A stretch of DNA of 64,000 nucleotides from the human T2T-CHM13v2.0 reference genome, Homo sapiens. Below are positions 27,501 to 40,400 of the stretch, piece after piece; within the stretch, counting starts at the first letter, position 1; the number at the start of each line of letters is the position of its first letter. Where the stretch lies: assembly GCF_009914755.1 (NCBI RefSeq), contig NC_060946.1. One strand, given 5' to 3'. A program made the translations under genes and the position numbers. Under the pieces are notes generated by a model. That model was not told the origin of the DNA, searched no databases, and saw only the letters and a list, made by a program, of their open reading frames with translations.

Positions 27501-30500
27501 AATAGAAAGGTTCAACTCTGTTAGCTGCGTGCATATATCCCAAAGAGGATTCTGAGATTGCTTCTGTCTAGTTTTTATGAGAAGATATTTCCCTTTTCAC
27601 CGTAGGTGTCAAGGCGCTCCAAATGTCCACTTCCAGATACTACAAAAAGAGTGTTTCAAACCTACTCTGTGAAAGGGAATATTCAACTCTGTGACTTGAA
27701 TGCAGATATCACAAAGAAGTTTCTGAGAATGCTTCTGTCGAGATTTTATATGAAGATATTCCCGTTTCCAACGAAATCCTGAAATCTATCCAAATATCCC
27801 CTCGCAGATTCTACAAAAAGTGTGTTTCAAAACTGCTCTGTAAAAAGAAAGGTTCAACTCTGTTAGTTGAGTACACACAGCACAAACAAGTTTCACAGAA
27901 TGCTTCTTTCTAGCTTGTAGGGGAAGATATTTCCTTTATCACCATGGTCCTCAAACCGTCCGAAACGTCCACTTCCATATACTAAAAAAAGAGTGTTTGA
28001 AAGCTGCTCTATGAAAGCCAATGTTCAACTCTGTGACTTGAATGCAGACATCACAGAGCAGTTTCTGAGAATGCTTCTGTCCAGACTTTATAGGAAGATA
28101 TTCCCGTTTCCAACGAAATCTTCACAGCTATCCAAGTATCCACTTGCAGATACTACAAAAGAGTGTATCAAAACTGCTCTGTCAAAAGGAAGGTTCTTCT
28201 CTGTTAGTTGAGTACATACGTCATAAAGGAGTTTCTGAGAATGTTTCTGTCTAGTGGTTATGGGAAGATATTTGCTTTTTCACCGTAGGCCTCAGAGCGC
28301 TCCAAATATCCACTTGCACATACTACAAAAAGAGTGCTTCAAAGCGGCTCTCTGAAAGGGAATGTTCAATTCTACGAGTTGAATGCAAACATCACAAAGA
28401 CGTTTCTGAGAATGCTTCTGTCTAGATTTGATATGAAGATATTCCCGTTTCCAACGAAATCTTCAAATCTATCCAAATGTCCACTTGCAGATTCAACAAA
28501 AAGTGTTTTTCAGAACTGCTCTATCAAAAGAAAGATCCACCTCTGTTAGCTGAGTTCACACATCACAAACAAGTTTATGAGAATGCTTCTGTCTAGTTTT
28601 TATTTGAAGATATTTCCTTTCTCACCATAGACCTGAAAGCTGTCCTAATGTTCACTTCCAGATACTACAGAAAGAGTGTTTCAAAACTGCTGTAAGAAAG
28701 GGAATGTTCAACTCTGTGACTTGAATGCACACACCACAAAGAAGTTTCTGAGGATGCTGCTGTCTACTTTTTATACGTAATCCCGTTTCCAACGAAATCC
28801 TCCAAGCTATCCAAATATCCACTTGCAGATTCCACAGAAAGACTGTTTCAAAACTGCTCTGTCAATAGAAAGGTTCAACTCTGTTAGCTGCGTGCATATA
28901 TCTCAAAGAAGATTCTGAGATTGCTTCTGTCTAGTTTTTATGGGAAGATATTTCCCTTTTCACCGTAGGCGTCAAGGCTCTCCAAATGTCCACTTCCAGA
29001 TACTACAAAAAGAGTGTTTCAAACCTACTCTGTGAAAGGGAATATTCACCTCTGTGATTTGAATGCAGATATCACAAAGAAGTTTCTGAGAATGCTTCTG
29101 TCGAGATTTTAAATGAAGATATTCCCGTTTCCAACGAAATCCTGAAATCTATCCAAATATCCCCTCGCAGATTCTACAAAAAGTGTGTTTCAAAACTGCT
29201 CTGTAAAAAGAAAGGTTCAACTCTCTTAGTTGAGTACACACATCACAAACAAGTTTCACAGAATGCTTCTTTCTAGCTTGTAGGGGAAGATATTTCCTTT
29301 ATCACCATTGTCCTCAAACCGTCCGAAACGTCCACTTCCATATACTAAAAAAAGAGTGTTTGAAAGCTGCTCTATGAAAGCCAATGTTCAACTCTGTGAC
29401 TTGAATGCAAACACCACAGAGCAGTTTCTGAGAATGCTTCTGTCCAGACTTTATAGGAAGATATTCCCGTTTCCAACGAAATCTTCACAGCTATCGAAAT
29501 ATCCACTTGCAGATACTACAAAAGAGTGTATGAAAAATGCTCTGTCAAAAGGAAAGTTCTTCTCTGCTAGTTGAGTACATACGTCATAAAGAAGTTTCTG
29601 AGAATGTTTCTGTCTAGTGGTTATGGGAAGATATTTGCTTTTTCCCCGTAGGCCTCAGAGCGCTCCAAATGTCCACTTGCACATGCTACAAAAAGAGTGC
29701 TTCAAAGCTGCTCTCTGAAAGGGAATGTTCAACTCTATGAGTTGAATGCAAACATCACAAAGACGTTTCTGAGAATGCTTCTGTCTAGATTTGATATGAA
29801 GATATTCCCGTTTCCAACGAAATCTTCAAATCTATCCAAATGTCCACTTGCAGATTCAACAAAAAGTGTTTTTCAGAACTGCTCTATCAAAAGAAAGATC
29901 CACATCTGTTAGCTGAGTTTACACATCACAAACAACTTTATGAGAATGCTTCTGTCTAGTTTTTATTTGAAGATATTTCCTTTCTCACCATAGACCTGAA
30001 AGCTGTCCTAATGTTCACTTCCAGATACTACAGAAAGAGTGTTTCAAAACTGCTGTACGAAAGGGAATGTTCAACTCTGTGACTTGAATGCACACATCAC
30101 AAAGAAGTTTCTGAGGATGCTGCTGTCTACTTTTTATACGTAATCCCGTTTCCAACGAAATCCTCCAAGCTATCCAAATATCCACTTGCAGATTCCACAG
30201 AAAGACTGTTTCAAAACTGCTATGTCAATAGAAAGGTTCAACTCTATTAGCTGCGTACATATATCCCAAAGAAGATTCTGAGATTGCTTCTGTCTAGTTT
30301 TTATGGGAAGATATTTCCCTTTTCACCGTAGGTGTCAAGGCGCTCCAAATGTCCACTTCCAGATACTACAAAAAGAGTGTTTCAAACCTACTCTGTGAAA
30401 GGGAATATTCAACTCTGTGACTTAAAGGCAGATATCACAAAGAAGTTTCTGAGAATGCTTCTGTCGAGATTTTATATGAAGATATTCCCCTTTCCAACGA

Positions 30501-31140
30501 AATCCTGAAATCTATCCAAATATCCCCTCGCAGATTCTACAAAAAGAGTGTTTCAAAACTGCTCTGTAAAAAGAAAGGTTCAACTCTGTTAGTTGAGTAC
30601 ACACATCACAAACAAGTTTCACAGAATGCTTCTTTCTAGCTTGTAGGGGAAGATATTCCCTTTATCACCATGGGCCTCAAACCGTCCGAAACGTCCACTT
30701 CCATATACTACAAAAAGAGTGTTTCAAACCTGCTCTATGAAAGGCAATGTTCAACTCTGTGACTTGAATGCAGACATCACAGAGCAGTTTCTGAGAATGC
30801 TTCTGTCTAGATTTTATAGGAAGATATTCCCGTTTCCAACGAAATCTTCACAGGTATCCAAATATCCACTTGCAGATTCTACAAAAAGAGTGTATCAAAA
30901 CTGCTCTGTCAAAAGGAAGGTTCTTCTCTGTTAGGTGAGTGCATACGTCATAAAGGAGTTTCTGAGAAAGTTTCTGTCTAGTGGTTATGGGAAGATATTT
31001 GCTTTTTCACCGTAGGCCTCAGAGCGCTCCAAATATCCACTTGCACATACTACAAAAAGAGTGCTTCAAAGCTGCTCTCTGAAACGGAATGTTCAACTCT
31101 ATGAGTTGAATGCAAACATCACAAAGACGTTTCTGAGAAT

Positions 31141-31482
31141 GCTTCTGTCTAGATTTGATATGAAGATATTCCCGTTTCCAAAGAAATCTTCAAATCTATC
31201 CAAATGTCCACTTGCAGATTCAACAAAAAGTGTTTTTCAGAACTGCTCTATCAAAAGAAAGATCCACGTGTGTTAGCTGAGTTCACACATCACAAACAAG
31301 TTTATGAGAATGCTTCTGTCTAGATTTGATATGAAGATATTCCCGTTTCCAACGAAATCTTCAAATCTATCCAAATGTCCACTTGCAGATTCAACAAAAA
31401 GTGTTTTTCAGAACTGCTCTATCAAAAGAAAGATCCACGTGTGTTAGTTGAGTTCACACATCACAAACAAGTTTATGAGAAT
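31141..31482. repeat. 9-mer HOR variant (single-monomer tandem duplication), also at 35400-35741 and 55673-56014
   Basis: gcttctgtctagatttgatatgaag...gatccacgtgtg occurs twice, 171 bp apart. The unit spacing is 1535 bp (30934 to 32469, 35193 to 36728, 55466 to 57001). Confidence 0.92.
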
Positions 31483-34400
31483 GCTTCTGTCTAGTTTTTA
31501 TTTGAAGATGCTTCCTTTCTCACCATAGACCTGAAAGCTGTCCTAATGTTCACTTCCAGATACTACAGAAAGAGTGTTTCAAAACTGCTGTACGAAAGGG
31601 AATGTTCAACTCTGTGACTTGAATGCACACATCACAAAGAAGTTTCTGAGGATGCTGCTGTCTACTTTTTATACGTAATCCCGTTTCCAACGAAATCCTC
31701 CAAGCTATCCAAATATCCACTTGCAGATTCCACAGAAAGACTGTTTCAAAACTGCTATGTCAATAGAAAAGTTCAACTCTGTTAGCTGTGTGCATATATC
31801 CCAAAGAAAATTCTGAGATTGCTTCTATCTAGTTTTTATGGGAAGATATTTCCCTTTTCACCGTAGGCGTCAAGGCGCTCCAAATGTCCACTTCCAGATA
31901 CTACAAAAAGAGTGTTTCAAACCTACTCTGTGAAAGGGAATATTCAACTCTGTGACTTAAAGGCAGATATCACAAAAAAGTTTCTGAGAATGCTTCTGTC
32001 GAGATTTTATATGAAGATATTCCCCTTTCCAACGAAATCCTGAAATCTATCCAAATATCCCCTCGCAGATTCTACAAAAAGAGTGTTTCAAAACTGCTCT
32101 GTAAAAAGAAAGGTTCAACTCTGTTAGTTGAGTACACACATCACAAACAAGTTTCACAGAATGCTTCTTTCTAGCTTGTAGGGGAAGATATTCCCTTTAT
32201 CCCCATGGGCCTCAAACCGTCCGAAACGTCCACTTCCATATACTACAAAAAGAGTGTTTCAAACCTGCTCTATGAAAGGCAATGTTCAACTCTGTGACTT
32301 GAATGCAGACATCACAGAGCAGTTTCTGAGAATGCTTCTGTCTAGATTTTATAGGAAGATATTCCCGTTTCCAACGAAATCTTCACAGGTATCCAAATAT
32401 CCACTTGCAGATTCTACAAAAAGAGTGTATCAAAACTGCTCTGTCAAAAGGAAGGTTCTTCTCTGTTAGGTGAGTGCATACGTCATAAAGGAGTTTCTGA
32501 GAATGTTTCTGTCTAGTGGTTATGGGAAGATATTTGCTTTTTCACCGTAGGCCTCAGAGCGCTCCAAATATCCACTTGCACATACTACAAAAAGAGTGCT
32601 TCAAAGCTGCTCTCTGAAACGGAATGTTCAACTCTATGAGTTGAATGCAAACATGACAAAGACGTTTCTGAGAATGCTTCTGTCTAGATTTGATATGAAG
32701 ATATTCCCGTTTCCAACGAAATCTTCAAATCTATCCAAATATCCACTTGCAGATTCAACAAAGTGTTTTTCAGAACTGCTCTATCAAAAGAAAGATCCAC
32801 CTCTGTTAGCTGAGTTCACACTTCACAAACAAGTTTATCAGAATGCTTCTGTCTAGTTTTTATTTGAAGATATATCCTTTCTCACTATAGACCTGAAAGC
32901 TGTCCTAATGTTCACTTCCAGATACTACAGAAAGAGTGTTTCAAAACTGCTGTACGAAAGGGAATGTTCAACTCTGTGACTTGAATGCACACATCACAAA
33001 GTAGTTTCTGAGGATGCTGCTGTCTACTTTTTATACGTAATCCCGTTTCCAAGGAAATCCTCCAAGCTATCCAAATATCCACTTGCAGATTCCACAGAAA
33101 GACTGTTTCAAAACTGCTCTGTCAATAGAAAGGTTCAACTCTGTTAGCTGCGTGCATATATCCCAAAGAAGATTCTGAGATTGCTTCTGTCTTGTTTTTA
33201 TGGGAAGATATTTCCCTTTTCACCGTAGGTGTCAAGGCGCTCCAAATGTCCACTTCCAGATACTACAGAAAGAGTGTTTCAAACCTACTCTGTGAAAGGG
33301 AATATTCAACTCTGTGACTTGAAGGCAGATATCACAAAGAAGTTTCTGAGAATGCTTCTGTCCAGATTTTATATGAAGATATTCCCCTTTCCAACGAAAT
33401 CCTGAAATCTATCCAAATATCCCCTCGCAGATTCTACAAAAAGAGTGTTTCAAAACTGCTCTGTAAAAAGAAAGGTTCAACTCTGTTAGTTGAGTACACA
33501 CATCACAAACAAGTTTCACAGAATGCTTCTTTCTACCTTGTAGGGGAAGATATTCCCTTTATCACCATGGGCCTCAAACCGTCCGAAACGTCCACTTCCA
33601 TATACTACAAAAAGAGCGTTTCAAACCTGCTCTATGAAAGGCAATGTTCAACTCTGTGACTTGAATGCAGACATCACAGAGCAGTTTCTGAGAATGCTTC
33701 TGTCTAGATTTTATAGGAAGATATTCCCGTTTCCAACAAAATCTTCACAGCTATCCAAATATCCACTTGCAGATTCTACAAAAAGAGTGTATCAAAACTG
33801 CTCTGTCAAAAGGAAGGTTCTTCTCTGTTAGGTGAGTGCATACGTCATAAAGGAGTTTCTGAGAATGTTTCTGTCTAGTGGTTATGGGAAGATATTTGCT
33901 TTTTCACCGTAGGCCTCAGAGCGCTCCAAATATCCACTTGCACATGCTACAAAAAGAGTGTTTCAAAGCTGCTCTCTGAAAGGGAATGTTCAACTCTATA
34001 AGTTGAATGCAAACATGACAAAGACGTTTCTGAGAATGCTTCTGTCTAGATTTGATATGAAGATATTCCCGTTTCCAAAGAAATCTTCAAATCTATCCAA
34101 ATGTCCACTTGCAGATTCAACAAAGTGTTTTTCAGAACTGCTCTATCAAAAGAAAGATCCACATCTGTTAGCTGAGTTTACACATCACAAACAACTTTAT
34201 GAGAATGCTTCTGTCTAGTTTTTATTTGAAGATATTTCCTTTCTCACCATAGACCTGAAAGCTGTCCTAATGTTCACTTCCAGATACTACAGAAAGAGTG
34301 TTTCAAAACTGCTGTACGAAAGGGAATGTTCAACTCTGTGACTTGAATGCACACATCACAAAGAAGTTTCTGAGGATGCTGCTGTCTACTTTTTATACGT

Positions 34401-37400
34401 AATCCCGTTTCCAACGAAATCCTCCAAGCTATCCAAATATCCACTTGCAGATTCCACAGAAAGACTGTTTCAAAACTGCTATGTCAATAGAAAGGTTCAA
34501 CTCTATTAGCTGCGTACATATATCCCAAAGAAGATTCTGAGATTGCTTCTGTCTAGTTTTTATGGGAAGATATTTCCCTTTTCACCGTAGGTGTCAAGGC
34601 GCTCCAAATGTCCACTTCCAGATACTACAAAAAGAGTGTTTCAAACCTACTCTGTGAAAGGGAATATTCAACTCTGTGACTTAAAGGCAGATATCACAAA
34701 GAAGTTTCTGAGAATGCTTCTGTCGAGATTTTATATGAAGATATTCCCCTTTCCAACGAAATCCTGAAATCTATCCAAATATCCCCTCGCAGATTCTACA
34801 AAAAGAGTGTTTCAAAACTGCTCTGTAAAAAGAAAGGTTCAACTCTGTTAGTTGAGTACACACATCACAAACAAGTTTCACAGAATGCTTCTTTCTAGCT
34901 TGTAGGGGAAGATATTCCCTTTATCACCATGGGCCTCAAACCGTCCGAAACGTCCACTTCCATATACTACAAAAAGAGTGTTTCAAACCTGCTCTATGAA
35001 AGGCAATGTTCAACTCTGTGACTTGAATGCAGACATCACAGAGCAGTTTCTGAGAATGCTTCTGTCTAGATTTTATAGGAAGATATTCCCGTTTCCAACG
35101 AAATCTTCACAGGTATCCAAATATCCACTTGCAGATTCTACAAAAAGAGTGTATCAAAACTGCTCTGTCAAAAGGAAGGTTCTTCTCTGTTAGGTGAGTG
35201 CATACGTCATAAAGGAGTTTCTGAGAAAGTTTCTGTCTAGTGGTTATGGGAAGATATTTGCTTTTTCACCGTAGGCCTCAGAGCGCTCCAAATATCCACT
35301 TGCACATACTACAAAAAGAGTGCTTCAAAGCTGCTCTCTGAAACGGAATGTTCAACTCTATGAGTTGAATGCAAACATCACAAAGACGTTTCTGAGAATG
35401 CTTCTGTCTAGATTTGATATGAAGATATTCCCGTTTCCAACGAAATCTTCAAATCTATCCAAATGTCCACTTGCAGATTCAACAAAAAGTGTTTTTCAGA
35501 ACTGCTCTATCAAAAGAAAGATCCACGTGTGTTAGCTGAGTTCACACATCACAAACAAGTTTATGAGAATGCTTCTGTCTAGATTTGATATGAAGATATT
35601 CCCGTTTCCAACGAAATCTTCAAATCTATCCAAATGTCCACTTGCAGATTCAACAAAAAGTGTTTTTCAGAACTGCTCTATCAAAAGAAAGATCCACGTG
35701 TGTTAGTTGAGTTCACACATCACAAACAAGTTTATGAGAATGCTTCTGTCTAGTTTTTATTTGAAGATGCTTCCTTTCTCACCATAGACCTGAAAGCTGT
35801 CCTAATGTTCACTTCCAGATACTACAGAAAGAGTGTTTCAAAACTGCTGTACGAAAGGGAATGTTCAACTCTGTGACTTGAATGCACACATCACAAAGAA
35901 GTTTCTGAGGATGCTGCTGTCTACTTTTTATACGTAATCCCGTTTCCAACGAAATCCTCCAAGCTATCCAAATATCCACTTGCAGATTCCACAGAAAGAC
36001 TGTTTCAAAACTGCTATGTCAATAGAAAAGTTCAACTCTGTTAGCTGTGTGCATATATCCCAAAGAAAATTCTGAGATTGCTTCTGTCTAGTTTTTATGG
36101 GAAGATATTTCCCTTTTCACCGTAGGCGTCAAGGCGCTCCAAATGTCCACTTCCAGATACTACAAAAAGAGTGTTTCAAACCTACTCTGTGAAAGGGAAT
36201 ATTCAACTCTGTGACTTAAAGGCAGATATCACAAAAAAGTTTCTGAGAATGCTTCTGTCGAGATTTTATATGAAGATATTCCCCTTTCCAACGAAATCCT
36301 GAAATCTATCCAAATATCCCCTCGCAGATTCTACAAAAAGAGTGTTTCAAAACTGCTCTGTAAAAAGAAAGGTTCAACTCTGTTAGTTGAGTACACACAT
36401 CACAAACAAGTTTCACAGAATGCTTCTTTCTAGCTTGTAGGGGAAGATATTCCCTTTATCACCATGGGCCTCAAACCGTCCGAAACGTCCACTTCCATAT
36501 ACTACAAAAAGAGTGTTTCAAACCTGCTCTATGAAAGGCAATGTTCAACTCTGTGACTTGAATGCAGACATCACAGAGCAGTTTCTGAGAATGCTTCTGT
36601 CTAGATTTTATAGGAAGATATTCCCGTTTCCAACGAAATCTTCACAGGTATCCAAATATCCACTTGCAGATTCTACAAAAAGAGTGTATCAAAACTGCTC
36701 TGTCAAAAGGAAGGTTCTTCTCTGTTAGGTGAGTGCATACGTCATAAAGGAGTTTCTGAGAATGTTTCTGTCTAGTGGTTATGGGAAGATATTTGCTTTT
36801 TCACCGTAGGCCTCAGAGCGCTCCAAATATCCACTTGCACATACTACAAAAAGAGTGCTTCAAAGCTGCTCTCTGAAACGGAATGTTCAACTCTATGAGT
36901 TGAATGCAAACATGACAAAGACGTTTCTGAGAATGCTTCTGTCTAGATTTGATATGAAGATATTCCCGTTTCCAACGAAATCTTCAAATCTATCCAAATG
37001 TCCACTTGCAGATTCAACAAAGTGTTTTTCAGAACTGCTCTATCAAAAGAAAGATCCACCTCTGTTAGCTGAGTTCACACTTCACAAACAAGTTTATCAG
37101 AATGCTTCTGTCTAGTTTTTATTTGAAGATATATCCTTTCTCACTATAGACCTGAAAGCTGTCCTAATGTTCACTTCCAGATACTACAGAAAGAGTGTTT
37201 CAAAACTGCTGTACGAAAGGGAATGTTCAACTCTGTGACATGAATGCACACATCACAAAGTAGTTTCTGAGGATGCTGCTGTCTACTTTTTATACGTAAT
37301 CCCGTTTCCAAGGAAATCCTCCAAGCTATCCATATATCCACTTGCAGATTCCACAGAAAGACTGTTTCAAAACTGCTCTGTCAATAGAAAGGTTCAACTC

Positions 37401-40400
37401 TGTTAGCTGCGTGCATATATCCCAAAGAAGATTCTGAGATTGCTTCTGTCTTGTTTTTATGGGAAGATATTTCCCTTTTCACCGTAGGTGTCAAGGCGCT
37501 CCAAATGTCCACTTCCAGATACTACAGAAAGAGTGTTTCAAACCTACTCTGTGAAAGGGAATATTCAACTCTGTGACTTGAAGGCAGATATCACAAAGAA
37601 GTTTCTGAGAATGCTTCTGTCCAGATTTTATATGAAGATATTCCCCTTTCCAACGAAATCCTGAAATCTATCCAAATATCCCCTCGCAGATTCTACAAAA
37701 AGAGTGTTTCAAAACTGCTCTGTAAAAAGAAAGGTTCAACTCTGTTAGTTGAGTACACACATCACAAACAAGTTTCACAGAATGCTTCTTTCTACCTTGT
37801 AGGGGAAGATATTCCCTTTATCACCATGGGCCTCAAACCGTCCGAAACGTCCACTTCCATATACTACAAAAAGAGCGTTTCAAACCTGCTCTATGAAAGG
37901 CAATGTTCAACTCTGTGACTTGAATGCAGACATCACAGAGCAGTTTCTGAGAATGCTTCTGTCTAGATTTTATAGGAAGATATTCCCGTTTCCAACAAAA
38001 TCTTCACAGCTATCCAAATATCCACTTGCAGATTCTACAAAAAGAGTGTATCAAAACTGCTCTGTCAAAAGGAAGGTTCTTCTCCGTTAGGTGAGTGCAT
38101 ACGTCATAAAGGAGTTTCTGAGAATGTTTCTGTCTAGTGGTTATGGGAAGATATTTGCTTTTTCACCGTAGGCCTCAGAGCGCTCCAAATATCCACTTGC
38201 ACATACTACAAAAAGAGTGTTTCAAAGCTGCTCTCTGAAAGGGAATGTTCAACTCTATGAGTTGAATGCAAACATGACAAAGACGTTTCTGAGAATGCTT
38301 CTGTCTAGATTTGATATGAAGATATTCCCGTTTCCAAAGAAATCTTCAAATCTATCCAAATGTCCACTTGCAGATTCAACAAAGTGTTTTTCAGAACTGC
38401 TCTATCAAAAGAAAGATCCACCTCTGTTAGCTGAGATCACACTTCACCAACAAGTTTATCAGAATGCTTCTGTCTAGCTTTTATTTGAAGATATATCCTT
38501 TCTCACTATAGACCTGAAAGCTCTCCTAAAGTTCACTTCCAGATACTACAGAAAGAGTGTTTCAAAACTGCTGTACGAAAGGGAATGTTCAACACTGTGA
38601 CTTGAATGCACACATCACAAAGAAGTTTCTGAGGATGCTGCTGTCTACTTTTTATACGTAATCCCGTTTCCAACGAAATCCTCCAAGCTATCCAAATATC
38701 CACTTGCAGATTCCACAGAAAGACTGTTTCAAAACTGCTATGTCAATAGAAAAGTTCAACTCTGTTAGCTGTGTGCATATATCCCAAAGAAAATTCTGAG
38801 ATTGCTTCTGTCTATTTTTTATGGGAAGATATTTCCCTTTTCACCGTAGGCGTCAAGGCGCTCCAAATGTCCACTTCCAGATACTACAAAAAGAGTGTTT
38901 CAAACCTACTCTGTGAAAGGGAATATTCAACTCTGTGACTTGAAGGCAGATATCACAAAGAAGTTTCTGAGAATGCTTCTGTCGAGATTTTATATGAAGA
39001 TATTCCCCTTTCCAACGAAATCCTGAAATCTATCCAAATATCCCCTCGCAGATTCTACAAAAAGAGTGTTTCAAAACTGCTCTGTAAAAAGAAAGGTTCA
39101 ACTCTGTTAGTTGAGTACACACATCACAAACAAGTTTCACAGAATGCTTCTTTCTAGCTTGTAGGGGAAGATATTCCCTTTATCACCATGGGCCTCAAAC
39201 CGTCCGAAACGTCCACTTCCATATACTACAAAAAGAGCGTTTCAAACCTGCTCTATGAAAGGCAATGTTCAACTCTGTGACTTGAATGCAGACATCACAG
39301 AGCAGTTTCTGAGAATGCTTCTGTCTAGATTTTATAGGAAGATATTCCCGTTTCCAGCGAAATCTTCACAGCTATCCAAATATCCACTTGCAGATTCTAC
39401 AAAAAGAGTGTATCAAAACTGCTCTGTCAAATGGAAGGTTCTTCTCTGTTAGGTGAGTGCATACGTCATAAAGGAGTTTCTGAGAATGTTTCTGTCTAGT
39501 GGTTATGGGAAGATATTTTCTTTTTCACCGTAGGCCTCAGAGCGCTCCAAATATCCACTTGCACATACTACAAAAAGAGTGTTTCAAAGCTGCTCTCTGA
39601 AAGGGAATGTTCAACTCTATGAGTTGAATGCAAACATGACAAAGACGTTTCTGAGAATGCTTCTGTCTAGATTTGATATGAAGATATTCCCATTTCCAAC
39701 GAAATCTTCAAATCTATCCAAATGTCCACTTGCAGATTCAACAAAAAGTGTTTTTCAGAACTGCTCTATCAAAAGAAAGATCCACGTTCGTTAGCTGAGT
39801 TCACACATCACAAACAAGTTTATGAGAATGCTTCTGTCTAGTTTTTATTTGAAGATATTTCCTTTCTCACCATAGACCTGAAAGCTATCCTAATGTTCAC
39901 TTCCAGATACTACAGAATGAGTGTTTCAAAACTGCTGTACGAAAGGTGATGTTCAACTCTGTGACTTGAATGCACACATCACAAAGAAGTTTCTGAGGAT
40001 GCTGCTGTCTACTTCTTATACGTAATCCCGTTTCCAACGAAATCCTCCAAGCTATCCAAATATCCACTTGCAGATTCCACAGAAAGACTGTTTCAAAACT
40101 GCTATGTCAATAGAAAGGTTCAACTCTGTTAGCTGTGTGCATATATCCCAAAGAAAATTCTGAGATTGCTTCTGTCTAGTTTTTATGGGAAGATATTTCC
40201 CTTTTCACCGTAGGCGTCAAGGCGCTCCAAATGTCCACTTCCAGATACTACAAAAAGAGTGTTTCAAACCTACTCTGTGAAAGGGAATATTCAACTCTGT
40301 GACTTGAAGGCAGATATCACAAAGAAGTTTCTGAGAATGCTTCTGTCGAGATTTTATATGAAGATATTCCCCTTTCCAACGAAATCCTGAAATCTATCCA

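Noticed and set aside
39349-39365. tcccgtttccagcgaa as a broken CENP-B box
   Set aside because: The change falls at a non-core N position (TTCG CTGG A AA CGGG), so the box is probably still functional.
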